A stretch of 64,000 nucleotides of DNA from Candidatus Latescibacterota bacterium (GCA_965197905.1 CBDAOB010000003.1:320001-384000), one strand, 5' to 3'. Counted from the stretch's first letter, positions 1 through 10,573 are shown. A program made the numbers and translations. The notes: generated by a model from the sequence alone, not told the origin.

Positions 1-56
1 CACGAGACAGTCCTGTCAATATTCGCACGCGGAGTCTCCATGGTGCCACCCGGGAC

Positions 57-773
57 TTGGCCTTAACCCGGCGTTCCGAGTGGAAACAGAAACCGTGGAC
101 CCAGACTCCAAGTTTCGAGTTCAAGGATCTACCGGATGGGATCGTCTATGTCGCGATTCGCACCTTTGGATCGGAAAGCGTTGTCAAGCAGTTTGACGAG
201 ATTTTCGAGCAGGTGTTAAAGGCAAAGGGACTTATCATCGATGTAAGGGAGAACGGAGGTGGAAGTACGGACAATGCAAACAGCATCATCCGCTATCTAA
301 CCGATAGACCTCTCAAGGGATCTCATTGGAGAACACGGCAGTACATGCCGAGCTTTCGAGCGTGGGGCCAGGAAGAGAAATGGTATAAGGGCGAGCACGA
401 TCACGTCCAGCCAAGAGAAGAAGACCCCTTTCTCGGTCCAGTCGTGGTGTTGATCGGCCCCGGCACCGTAAGTGCCTCGGAGGACTTCCTGATCCCGTTG
501 CATCATAGCGGACGTGCGACACTGGTGGGAGAGCGTACGGCAGGAACGACAGGTCAACCCCTTGTCGTCCACCTTCCAGCGGGCACGGCCAGAATTTGCA
601 CCAAGCGCGACACCTATCCTGACGGGACGGAGTTCGTCGGAATCGGCGCTATCCCAGATGTGGAGGTACATCCCACTCGGGAGGACATTGCCGCCGGTCG
701 CGACGCAATTCTTGAAATCCTCCGAACTGGCTCATCTCCCGGATGGCTACCTGAGAAAAGCGCCGATTTCTGA
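57..773 (+). CDS. S41 family (C-terminal processing) peptidase, C-terminal part only
   Basis: IIDVRENGGG, TVSASEDF, GERTAG and G-x-x-PD motifs; N-terminal part missing. Confidence 0.8.
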   Translation: MALTRRSEWKQKPWTQTPSFEFKDLPDGIVYVAIRTFGSESVVKQFDEIFEQVLKAKGLIIDVRENGGGSTDNANSIIRYLTDRPLKGSHWRTRQYMPSFRAWGQEEKWYKGEHDHVQPREEDPFLGPVVVLIGPGTVSASEDFLIPLHHSGRATLVGERTAGTTGQPLVVHLPAGTARICTKRDTYPDGTEFVGIGAIPDVEVHPTREDIAAGRDAILEILRTGSSPGWLPEKSADF

Positions 774-774
774 T

Positions 775-831
775 ACACGCCGGCATCCGAACGCCTCAGC
801 CCAGCGACAGGGCCAATGGGACGTGTTATAT
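775..831. repeat. attC-like repeat, family C (partial)
   Basis: GGCATCCGAACGCCTC..CCCAGCGACAGGG core shared with ~18680, ~23030, ~24770, ~39360; ends in GTTATAT core box at 825-831. Confidence 0.6.
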
Positions 832-1077
832 CTTCGGCGAGATCCCTAGTATACTACGAGAGTATGTGAGCGCCTCACAGGGTAGCCCAACTTCCTGGCG
901 GGGGAATGGCACATGATCAGGGGCGCAACTCATTTTGGATGACTCTTGGGATCTGGGCCCGCCTGATCACTTGATCAGCATTGGCAGTATTTTCTGGGGA
1001 GGCCGTTTTCCGACTGAGGCTATGACCTCGTACGTTAGGTAGGCCCTCCGTGGTTGATACCGGGGAAGACGCTGGTC

Positions 1078-1112
1078 AAAAAGAGACCCCAAGAGCAGTC
1101 ACCCTTGAGGTC
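1078..1112 (-). terminator. Rho-independent terminator
   Basis: Minus strand GACCTCAAGGG-loop-CTCTTGGGGTC stem (two GU pairs) followed by TCTTTTT. Confidence 0.55.
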
Positions 1113-1285
1113 CCCATGTCCAACGTAACGCCCTAGCCAATTAAACGTTACGAAGACAATTCTATGCTACATGAACATTCTTCCAAATTCAAGAGTTATT
1201 ACATCCTCATCGAGTGCCTGTGAGTTCATCATTCTACCTACCTGCGGTACCATTTCGTCGCTCGCGCTGCCACCGAACATAGGGC

Positions 1286-1322
1286 GTTTCAATGCCGTTC
1301 TCGCGACAGATTTTGGCGAAAG
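1286..1322 (-). CRISPR. solitary CRISPR-like repeat, copy 1
   Basis: 37 nt CTTTCGCCAAAATCTGTCGCGAGAACGGCATTGAAAC; ATTGAAAC 3' handle preceded by a TGTCG/CGGCA hairpin; one mismatch to copy 2. Confidence 0.55.
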
Positions 1323-1462
1323 TAGGCGGACTGATTCCAAGCGCAGCGGCGGCTTCCTTATTCGTGACCTACATCCTGGCAGCACGACGCACAGACTCCA
1401 CAGATTTGGGTTGTATCATAGGCGAAAAAAGTGCCAAGTATGTGAGATAGTTTCAATTAGGG
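1323..1462 (-). promoter_or_regulatory. leader-like region with putative sigma70 promoter, copy 1
   Basis: Closely similar to 17671-17811; TTGGCA (1437-1432) and TG-a-TACAAC (~1418-1410) point toward the repeat. Confidence 0.45.
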
Positions 1463-1582
1463 AATTGCCGTCCCAGCAAGGCGTTGCCAAAGGCCCAGCG
1501 CCGATCGGCGCGCAGGTCATCTTAAACTGCGCGTCCGATTAGAATCCTACAGTCGGGGTATCGGACTTGCTACATTTCGCCC

Positions 1583-2983
1583 CTACATTCCCATTTCCAA
1601 ATAGGCCTTAGCGATCTTCTCGATAGCAACCACATAGGCTGCCATGCGCAAATCTGGCACTGCGTCCCGAGAGAGATAAAGCTCGCGAATTTGGTTGTAT
1701 GCCTCCCGCATGGTATCGTCCAGCCCCGAGCGGACCAGATCTAATTCGCTCGCGCCGTGGTCCAAATGTGAACGTAGCGATTGGGGGATGGGTTTACCAA
1801 TCATCTTTTCGATAATTTCCAAAATCATGTGGCCGCGGAACTCGTCCAGACGGCGATGGAGACGACCAAAGCGAATGTGGGAGATATTTTTTATCCATTC
1901 GAAGTACGAAACTGTCACGCCTCCGGCATTCAAGTATGCGTCTGGGATGGTTACCGTTCCCCGTTGCCGTAGCAGTTCGTCGGCCGCAAACGTCACCGGT
2001 CCATTAGCCGCTTCGGCGATGAGGGGAGCGCGAATACGATCTGCGTTGCGGGCTGTGATCTGGGCCTCGAGAGCAGCTGGTATGAGAATATCGCAATCCG
2101 CCTCAAGCAGGGAGGGGCCGTCCTCGATGTACTGCACGCCGGGGAAATCAACAAGATGCGTATGCTCCATGCGGTGAGAGGATACGGCTTCGACGTCAAT
2201 TCCCTTATTGGAAAACACGGCGCCATCCCTTTCTATGATGCCAACAATGAGTGCCCCGTCCTCCTCGGAGAGATATTTGGCCGCGTGGTATCCCACGTTT
2301 CCCAGACCTTGAATGATGATGCGTTTGCCTTCCAGGTTCCCGTCAAGTTGGGCTCGTTTCACGTCATCTGGATGCCGAAAATACTCCCGGAGACCGTATT
2401 GTACCCCACGGCCGACAATGCCACCCTGAGAGACGGGTTTCCCGGTTATACAGGCGATCGCATTTATGTCCTCCGGGTGCAAGATTTTGTAGGCATCGGC
2501 CATCCACGCCATCTCCCGAGCACCTGTACCCATGTCAGGTGCGGGCACATTCTGGCTGGGACTGAAGTAATCTTTCTTCGCCAACTCCACTGCGAAACGC
2601 TTTGTAATCCGTTCCAAGTCCTCCGCATCATGTTTTCTAGGATCTATGAGCAGGCCTCCCTTCGATCCACCAAATGGCACATCAACGATGGCGCACTTGT
2701 ACGACATGAGCGCTGCCAGGGCTTCGACCTCATCCTGATTAACTACATTTGCAAAGCGAATACCACCCTTGGTCGGTAGGCGATGTTCGCTGTGAACGGC
2801 TCGCCAACCAGTGAAGATGTGGTATCCGTCGCGGAATTTGACAGGAAAGCGAACCTGGTAAACCGAGTTGCATGCCTTGATTTGGTCACCTAAGCCCGGC
2901 GGCAGATCAAGGGTGGCTGCGGCCCGGTCGAACATCAGATCAACGCTTTCTCTGAACGAAACCTCCGGGTGGTTGCTCCTCAT
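1583..2983 (-). CDS. gdhA: Glu/Leu/Phe/Val dehydrogenase (glutamate dehydrogenase), with a short internal deletion
   Basis: KGGIRF, PFGGSKGG, VPAPDMGT, ITGKP, QGLGNVG, EAANGP, NAGGVTVSYFEW; the usual GRxEATGRG motif is collapsed to GRG. Confidence 0.9.
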   Translation of the reverse strand: MRSNHPEVSFRESVDLMFDRAAATLDLPPGLGDQIKACNSVYQVRFPVKFRDGYHIFTGWRAVHSEHRLPTKGGIRFANVVNQDEVEALAALMSYKCAIVDVPFGGSKGGLLIDPRKHDAEDLERITKRFAVELAKKDYFSPSQNVPAPDMGTGAREMAWMADAYKILHPEDINAIACITGKPVSQGGIVGRGVQYGLREYFRHPDDVKRAQLDGNLEGKRIIIQGLGNVGYHAAKYLSEEDGALIVGIIERDGAVFSNKGIDVEAVSSHRMEHTHLVDFPGVQYIEDGPSLLEADCDILIPAALEAQITARNADRIRAPLIAEAANGPVTFAADELLRQRGTVTIPDAYLNAGGVTVSYFEWIKNISHIRFGRLHRRLDEFRGHMILEIIEKMIGKPIPQSLRSHLDHGASELDLVRSGLDDTMREAYNQIRELYLSRDAVPDLRMAAYVVAIEKIAKAYLEMGM

Positions 2984-3199
2984 TTGAAGCTCCTATATCG
3001 GCCGAATGGCTTGATGCGTACTGGGGAGAGATACAATTTTATCCGTCGCGGCCGCAGACCTTCGCCCTTGTGTTCGAAAACCCGGGCCATGATCACTGCC
3101 CTCGTGCTGCGCACATTTTTCGTAGGGAATCGACACGCCCGATGAATATCAGGCAGAAGAGTAATCTGAACATGAGTTCGCTGACGTCGGCTTGGCAGC

Positions 3200-3691
3200 C
3201 ATTGGCTCCCCCACTCCGACAGTCCTGGTAGATTCCGGTACAAGATCCAGTGATAAAGCCGCCGCGGCAGGAAGCGGCGCAGCATGTCGAAGAGGTAGGC
3301 GTCGGGAGTGTCTGGGACCCGTAGAGGCGGGTTTCGACGCTCCATAGTCTTCACCCCACGGTTTGACCTCGTAGTAGAGTGATTCCGTAGCTCCCTCTAG
3401 CGCGAACTTGGAGGCGCTGTACACGGCCATCGTCGGCATGGCCATCATCCCACCCATGGAGGACACGTTTATGATGCGACCGGCGCGCCGAGAGCGCATG
3501 TACGGCAGGACGAGCCGAGTCAGTTCCATCGGGGCACGGAAGTTGATGCCCATCTGCTGCAGTCGCTCTCGCTCGCTGACGTGCTCGACTACGGACCGGT
3601 AGGCGACTCCGGCGTTGTTGATTAGCACGTCGACGCCGCCGAGCGCCAGGCCCACTCCGGTCGTGGCCCCAGTCAGTAAGATAGTAGACAA
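3200..3691 (-). pseudogene. short-chain dehydrogenase/reductase, internally deleted
   Basis: TGATTGVG joined directly to DVLINNAG; YSASKFA catalytic motif; C-terminus continues in another frame. Confidence 0.8.
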
Positions 3692-3946
3692 GTGGCACCT
3701 CGCCCCTTGCTGGTGAGGTTACGGAGTCAACCAAGACCCGTCACTCAAAACAACAAGGAGCGGCTCTCGTGACACGCACGACCAAGTATGTGGGACTCGA
3801 CGTAAACCCAACCGGGTGCCTAGAACCAGCAAAACCGCTCGCTCTTCACTGAAATCCAGATATTTAGTACTATATCCGCATGTGAATGAGAAGTAGTCAA
3901 TTACTGGTAGAAATTCAACTAGCTCAAACCAGAATCCCTGCTTACA

Positions 3947-4290
3947 ATGCATCTTAAATATATGTTAATTAAAGCTCTTACAGTTCTTGTCGGTATCACC
4001 TCCGCTTGGACTCATCCTGCAGATTCAACCGGTGGTTTCGTTCACGCTGACTTCTCCAGTGCGCCAAATTACCAGGTATCCCGTGTGATCGATGGTGACA
4101 CCGTTGAGCTCATGATCAACGGATGCCGACGAAGGTGCGATTGATTGGGGTGGACACTCCTGAAACTGTTCACCCCAGCCAGTAGAATACTACGGACTGA
4201 GGCAAGCACATTTACAAGGAATCTACTGCGGGGAGAATCAGTTTACATCCAGTTTGAAAGCGAAGAACGTGACCAGGACCGGAAAGAAAT
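3947..4290 (+). pseudogene. thermonuclease (SNase-like), frameshifted and truncated
   Basis: VSRVIDGDTV, then VRLIGVDTPETVHP and YGxEAS in shifted frames. Confidence 0.75.
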
Positions 4291-4434
4291 ATCACTCAGC
4301 AGGTTGTAGGTATTTGTCAAAAAGCAAGAGAGATATCGATTTGGGTGAGTCGAAGAAAAGATACACCGCATGCAGTGTGTGCAGTCCACCAAGGTGATAG
4401 GCCCTTACGGTTTATTCGGTAGGAGGAGGAAAAG

Positions 4435-4887
4435 ATGAAACAGACGATAGTCATGGTCACACTGCTTGCACTGACAATCGCCCCTTCGATTGGGGAAGAA
4501 ACTCAGCAGGATCCCAAGAAGTACTTCTCGCAGCCGTTCCAGATCAATCTTGGCCAGGTAGTCGCCATGTCTTTGTGGAACACCCTGTATGCTCAGATGC
4601 ACAAAACGCGAGCAGATTACCGTTTAAAGAAGTGGGATGCTCCGGTAATTGTTGGGTACAACAAGGAAATCGGCAAGGTTGAAATAGCAATATATGGCGA
4701 CCGCAGTTCGATTGATGACGCAAAGAAATCAGTAGATAGGTTCAGATCAGACATTCTCCAAAAGGGCCTGGAAGTCGTCAATGCGCTTTACAACGCTAGC
4801 GTAACAGAAAATCATATTTCGATTGGCTACTACCACGAAGGAAGGAAACTGCTAACATTCACCCATGGAGCATACGTGATCGACTGA
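4435..4887 (+). CDS. exported hypothetical protein
   Basis: Strong AGGAGG RBS and signal-peptide-like N-terminus. Confidence 0.7.
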   Translation: MKQTIVMVTLLALTIAPSIGEETQQDPKKYFSQPFQINLGQVVAMSLWNTLYAQMHKTRADYRLKKWDAPVIVGYNKEIGKVEIAIYGDRSSIDDAKKSVDRFRSDILQKGLEVVNALYNASVTENHISIGYYHEGRKLLTFTHGAYVID

Positions 4888-4934
4888 TCCGCAGCAATTA
4901 ATTTCGCACACTTCGCGCATCGGGATAGCACCTG

Positions 4935-5207
4935 ATGAGTCTAACGGCATTTGTAAAACAACCAGAAGTAGTGGCGAAGTTGAAGCCCCTTCGCCCCAAA
5001 GGTCCGCGCACACTTAAGATTGAGCAGAAGGTGCCGCCGCGGACTAAGAAATATATGCTTGTTGGTGTCGCCTTTGACTACTTCTTTCGATTCGAGCTGA
5101 AGCGATTGAAACCGAACGTGATCGAACGACAATGGGTAGCAGAGCGGGCTTTGGAGCTAATTCGATATGAAACGAGTGATGGTGGGGTTATACGAGGCGA
5201 CTGGTGA
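4935..5207 (+). pseudogene. hypothetical protein fragment
   Basis: Protein-like 90 aa that ends abruptly. Confidence 0.4.
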
Positions 5208-5406
5208 CCAACAACATGCTATGGATGTATAGCATTTGGTGGAGCTGGAACGGACCAACGATGGTCTTGGCCACAGATGCTGTGTCCGCTTCCCCATTAG
5301 GCAGTTTGGGGCGGTGGATGATGGCCTCTGAAGCTCAGCACCGTTTAGAAATAGGTGTGGCGAATGCGAAAGCCAGTTAACAATAGGCCTTGCTGCAATA
5401 GGTAGT

Positions 5407-6591
5407 TTGGTGGTATCGAACGCCTTCATCGTCATGCAGATTGGCGACCCGGATTTGGATCACGTCTGTGAATCGGCAATTGTGCCCGCGATCGAGCAGA
5501 ATGGACTCTCACCGAAACGCGTCGATAAGCACAACCAAGGGGGATTGCTTAAGAGCGAGATCGTCCAATTCCTCACAGAGTCCACGATAATCGTTGCGGA
5601 TCTGACAAATGAGAGGCCCAACTGTTACCTAGAAATAGGATATGCGATGGGTCTCAATCGATTCCGACACGTGATTCTGACTGTCCGAGAGGATCATATG
5701 CCTGACAGTACCAACTATAAGAAAGAAGGGCCAAAGGTTCATTTCGATCTCATCGGATACGAGATCCTCCAGTGGGCGGCGAACGATCTAGATGGATTCC
5801 GCGAGGAATTGTCAAAGCGAATTTCCCGAAGGATGGCATCCATTCCAAACGTTCAGGATGGTTCAGTGACCGCGCCGCCAGTAATCGACCACGATTGGGT
5901 CGACGAGAACCGTGAGATCGCACTACTCTCTTCGACAGACACCGGTGTGACGGGCTTTCTTGAGGTAACAGCGGGAATCGCTTGGCCAAAAATCAATCGT
6001 ACGCAGGTTGAGTTACATAGCGCCGCAACACGGGCTCCTCTAAGATTGACGGGATGGCCCATCGGCGTGGTCCTGAATAATGTCGATGACGCTCGGCCGA
6101 AGGCAGTGGGCGACGCCATTGTGGCAAACGTCCACACGGAAGACAAGATGTACGACTATTGGTCGGTGCGACGTAACGGCGACTTCTACTTTCTGGGGTC
6201 TTTTTGGGAAGACGAAAGGGATTCATCATCCCTGGCGTTCGACTTGCGAATACTCCGTGTTACGGAAGCCTTTCTTTACCTAGCTCGTTTGTATACTGGT
6301 CTCCAAGTGGATCCGACAACAAGCCTCGAGTTGGGGTTTAGCCATACAGGTTTAAAGGGGCGAAAGCTTTCCTCGTCCAATGTCCAACGTCGTGTCGGTG
6401 CGCACGGTCCCGCAATCGAGGACAGTTGCGTGACCCGAGTGGAGTCCTCAATAGATCGCATTGAGGTGGAGCTTGTTGCTCTCGTCAAGCAAGTTCTCTC
6501 CGAATTGTTCGTATTGTTTGACTTCTTCCAGCTGGACGACGTGGTGTACGAAGAAATCGTCGATGGGATTGTTGAGGGAAGGACGCCCTAG
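5407..6591 (+). CDS. nucleoside 2-deoxyribosyltransferase/TIR-like N-terminal domain plus unknown C-terminal domain
   Basis: AFIVMQ..RVD..IIVADLTNERPNCYLEIGYAMG motif. Confidence 0.7.
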   Translation: MVVSNAFIVMQIGDPDLDHVCESAIVPAIEQNGLSPKRVDKHNQGGLLKSEIVQFLTESTIIVADLTNERPNCYLEIGYAMGLNRFRHVILTVREDHMPDSTNYKKEGPKVHFDLIGYEILQWAANDLDGFREELSKRISRRMASIPNVQDGSVTAPPVIDHDWVDENREIALLSSTDTGVTGFLEVTAGIAWPKINRTQVELHSAATRAPLRLTGWPIGVVLNNVDDARPKAVGDAIVANVHTEDKMYDYWSVRRNGDFYFLGSFWEDERDSSSLAFDLRILRVTEAFLYLARLYTGLQVDPTTSLELGFSHTGLKGRKLSSSNVQRRVGAHGPAIEDSCVTRVESSIDRIEVELVALVKQVLSELFVLFDFFQLDDVVYEEIVDGIVEGRTP

Positions 6592-6658
6592 GATCTCTGA
6601 CGTGGGATCGGCCACACCTTGATAGCGACGAAGACATCTGACCGCAGATCATCCTGTG

Positions 6659-8192
6659 CTAGTGTTGCGTCGCAGCGATTCCTTCACAAAGTCGTTTGAT
6701 CTTTGCGAGGATGGAATCTGCCGTTGCGGTCCAGGCGAACGGGGCCGCGTTGGCGTTCCAGTGGTCGGTGAAGCGCTCGATTCGGCGGATCAACTCCTTC
6801 ACCTTACGGAAGGAGCCGCGTCGAATGGCGCGCTGGGTGATGATGTTGAACCAGATCTCGACCTGGTTGAGCCAGGAAGCGTAGGTCGGCGTGAAGTGGA
6901 TGTGGAAACGTGGATGTTTGGCCAACCACACTTTGACCTTGGCGTGCTTGTGGGTCCCGTAGTTGTCGACGACGATGTGGAGGTCCAGGTCTTCGGGGAC
7001 GTTGCCGTCAATGTGGCGTAAGAACTGCAGGAATTCCTGATGACGATGCCGTGGTTTGCACTGCGTCAGGACTTCCCCGGTTTCGATATCCAGCGCGGCG
7101 AACAGCGTCGTGGTGCCGTGTCGCTTGTAGTCGTGGGTCACGCCCTCGACGTATCCCAGGCCGAGAGGCAACATCGGTTGGGACCGTTCCAACGCCTGGA
7201 TCTGGCTCTTCTCGTCGACGCACAACACCATGGATCAACTCCTTCACCTTACGGAAGGAGCCGCGTCGAATGGCGCGCTGGGTGATGATGTTGAACCAGA
7301 TCTCGACCTGGTTGAGCCAGGAAGCGTAGGTCGGCGTGAAGTGGATGTGGAAACGTGGATGTTTGGCCAACCACACTTTGACCTTGGCGTGCTTGTGGGT
7401 CCCGTAGTTGTCGACGACGATGTGGAGGTCCAGGTCTTCGGGGACGTTGCCGTCAATGTGGCGTAAGAACTGCAGGAATTCCTGATGACGATGCCGTGGT
7501 TTGCACTGCGTCAGGACTTCCCCGGTTTCGATATCCAGCGCGGCGAACAGCGTCGTGGTGCCGTGTCGCTTGTAGTCGTGGGTCACGCCCTCGACGTATC
7601 CCAGGCCGAGAGGCAACATCGGTTGGGACCGTTCCAACGCCTGGATCTGGCTCTTCTCGTCGACGCACAACACCATGGCGCGCTCGGGGGGATGCAGGTA
7701 CAGACCGACGATGTCGCGTACCTTTTCTACGAAGAACGGATCTGTGGAGAGTTTGAAGTGCGTCCGACGGTGGGGTTGCAAACCAAAAGCACGCCAGATG
7801 CGATGGACTGTGTCCTTCGACAACCTGGTCTCGTCTGCCATCGAGCGTACCGACCACTGGGTCTGTTCCGGTGGCTTGGTATTGAAGGTTTTGTATACGA
7901 CTTCGGCCACCTGCTCATCCTCAATCGTCCGCGGTCCACCTGGGCGGACTTCGTCGTACAGGCCGCTCAGACCTCGATCCAGAAACCGCCGGCGCCACTT
8001 GCCCACCGTCGCTCGCGATACGCTCAGTGCCTGCGCGATATCCTGGTTGGGCCATCCGTCAGCGGCCAACAGCACGATCTCCGAGCGGCGCACGAGCCCA
8101 TGCGAAAGGCTGCGTGACCTGGTCATGGATTCCAACTGCTCTCGGGTCTGCTCACTCAACTCCACCGGTGCCATCGGTCGGCCGATTGCCAT
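6659..8192 (-). pseudogene. IS630 transposase disrupted by a 445-bp tandem duplication
   Basis: 6787-7233 is repeated at 7232-7678; ORFs 7008..8192 and 6659..7231. Confidence 0.9.
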
Positions 8193-8276
8193 ATAGGTCT
8201 CTCCCGCGAAAAGGGGTCAAGAGAAACCTACACTCACGCAGAAACTTTGTCTAGCTAATCCTGAGACGAAACATTA
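6660..8276 (-). mobile_element. IS630-family insertion sequence
   Basis: Transposase motifs [38 protein letters not shown]; imperfect terminal IRs TAGTGTTGCGTCGCAG / TAATGTTTCGTCTCAG with TA at both ends. Confidence 0.92.
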
Positions 8277-8355
8277 GGCATAGGTAGGAGATGATGATTC
8301 GAGATTTGTCTGCGCCACTCTAAGTCCGTGAATACGGAAGGAACAGAGAGAGTCC

Positions 8356-8565
8356 GTGAACGCGGTGCTGAAGCCTGATAGGAAAATTTACGAACTTGCT
8401 TGCGATCGGCTCCGAATAGAGCCAAGCGAGGCAGTTTTTGTCGGCGATGGTGGGTCGAATGAGTTGTGGGGTGCTACCGAGGCCGGAATCGAAGCGCTAT
8501 GGTGTACATGGTTCTTGGACGACTGGCCAGAAGGTAGACGGCCCAGCAAAGTTCCTTGGAGGTGA
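8356..8565 (+). pseudogene. HAD-family hydrolase C-terminal fragment
   Basis: KPDRKIY..VFVGDGGSNELWGA. Confidence 0.7.
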
Positions 8566-9165
8566 TTGGCGGCAGTTAGGACTCTCATCTGACTGGATTC
8601 TTAGGAAACGACTGTCGATACATTGAAAGAGAGAAGGCAAAAGGAACTCGACTCGATGACAGACAAGGAGCAATGGAGACTGCGATGAGGTTCGACGAAT
8701 CGGCCACCCCTGACACCGTCGCATCTGTCTTCAGGTCCTGCCTCCCGCTAGCTTCCGTCTGCCGTCGGCCATTGGAGATCGCCCTCGCGTCTGCAAGGAA
8801 GGATCTTTTCAAAGACGCTTCCGACCCTGACACGATGACGATGATCTGTGTGTAACTTACGATTCTAAGCGCGCCCGGTCTCACGAAGCTCCCTGAGATC
8901 GGTTTGCGTTTCTATGGATTTACCCGCTTTGGCTCTCGAGATATTGATATGTCCGAGGGGTGGCGCAAAGTTATCCACTGAGTAGCCGATTATTCCACCA
9001 TAGTTATCTCCCATGTAATTGACATTTCCTCAGATTTTATCTGCCTGTTCTCTTGGTTGTATCTTTTTCTTCACCAAAGCTTGCACGGCAAGGCATTGTT
9101 TCATTATTATATGAGCTACCTACCCCCTAAAAACTTCATTATTTTGGAATCAAGTTGCTTGCCAA

Positions 9166-9701
9166 TTGGCCAAGAGAAAAGTAGCAAAAACAGGTACTTA
9201 CGTTAAGTCAAATCTCACGAAAAAGCAGGCTGAAACATTAGCCGTCGTTGTGGCCCACTCGAAAGGGGATGTTCCTCCTTCAATCGAAACCTTGGCCCGC
9301 CTTTTGAAAGTCAAGAAGCCCACAGCGAAGAAGCGTTTCGAGATATCATGCACGAAACGTTATGTTATCGACGATTCAGTGGGCCACAAGCTCAATGCGT
9401 CGCATTTTTGCACGATGGAGCGAACTGCCCGATTACTACTGGCAATAAACGATCACCTTGTACGGTCGGGTACAAGTTCTGCCACTTATGAAGACATCGT
9501 TGCTACCCTAGTCGAAGGCGGATTTCGAGAAGATGACGTTGTGGCAATTTTAAGCCTCGTGTGACCCGACCGGGTGGATACATCGAAAATGCGCACCAGG
9601 AGGACGTTCTCAAGCTAGGCAGACTTTTTGGCCAACACGTGACATATTTAGAATTGCTAATCAATGAGTTCAAAAAGAGGCAGGTAGCCAGGTCCACTTG
9701 A
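9166..9701 (+). CDS. putative HTH DNA-binding protein, probably frameshifted near 9560
   Basis: LTKKQAETL..PPSIETLARLLKVKKPTA resembles a LexA-like wHTH; protein-like reading continues in another frame after 9564. Confidence 0.45.
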
Positions 9702-9739
9702 ACTAGGCTTTTTCTTTTCCTGCGTAGAGGCGTCGGTCC

Positions 9740-10573
9740 ATGACAATCACATCGTACAAAGTAGCGAAGGTGCTCTTGTATGCAATTGCCGTACTTGTTT
9801 TTTTGTTGGCAATCCACATGCTCACGCTAAAATCGAAACTACCGGTGTGGGCACTGCCCCTCCTAGTCGTAGCCATACTCGCTTTTCACAGTGCAAGAGC
9901 TGACTTTATTCCAAAAGAAGTCGGCATAGGAATAAAGAATAAGAAGACCAGGATAGACTACTTTCGAACGCTCTGCCTCAATAGTATGCGGACAATGAGG
10001 ATTGTCACCGGAGAGTTTGATGTGCCTTTCTTCGGCTCTGAATTGGTGCTTTCAGCAATGCGCAATGCGCTTGTGCGAGGAGTATCGATTGAAATCATTG
10101 TTGGGAACAGAATTGAGAAGGACCTCTCTACAGACGACAATTCTCAAGAAACTGCGAAGACCAATCGGGATGCTGGTCCACAAAATGGGCAAGATTCGTT
10201 AAACGAAGAAGACTTCCTGACGATTGATAGTCCGGAAGACTACGCTGAGAGGTTCCTAGAGAGCCACAGCGTGATTGTTGAGGAACTGGCGGAGTTCATC
10301 GTCGGGGATCAACTCAGATTCTACTTCGGCGAAAGGGAAACTGAACACTTCTATCTTTCGGATCATGACATGTTGATGCAAGAAATCCATCCGCTCGGCC
10401 CGCTGGAAGTGCCTCGGTTTGTGCACATGCAGACATGCCGACTCGGTAGAACATACGACAAAAAGTTCACAGAGCTCTTAAAGAGACGGAAGCAAGTGGA
10501 TTTCAATGGGAAGTTAAATGAAATGGTCGCAAATCAGCTAGAGCGTGGACCAGGTGCTACAGACATTAATTGA
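9740..10573 (+). CDS. membrane-anchored protein with a PLD-like fold
   Basis: Two N-terminal TM segments; RIVTGE..ALVRGVSIEIIVG..HFYLSD pattern. Confidence 0.5.
   Translation: MTITSYKVAKVLLYAIAVLVFLLAIHMLTLKSKLPVWALPLLVVAILAFHSARADFIPKEVGIGIKNKKTRIDYFRTLCLNSMRTMRIVTGEFDVPFFGSELVLSAMRNALVRGVSIEIIVGNRIEKDLSTDDNSQETAKTNRDAGPQNGQDSLNEEDFLTIDSPEDYAERFLESHSVIVEELAEFIVGDQLRFYFGERETEHFYLSDHDMLMQEIHPLGPLEVPRFVHMQTCRLGRTYDKKFTELLKRRKQVDFNGKLNEMVANQLERGPGATDIN

Noticed and set aside
1450..1492. GTTTCAAT...GCCAAAG as a second degenerate CRISPR repeat making a two-repeat array
   Set aside because: It is 43 nt long, lies 127 nt from the repeat, is poorly conserved in copy 2, and its end belongs to the attC family A tail.
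1167..1542. ORFs 1167..1385 and 1171..1542 (and 17515..17794) as a duplicated small protein family
   Set aside because: The similarity comes from the non-coding leader/repeat unit; starts and ends are not conserved between copies.
8851..8955. Possible attC-like palindromes at ~8851-8955 and ~11476-11630
   Set aside because: Core-box-like ends are present, but I could not establish arm pairing or family membership by eye.
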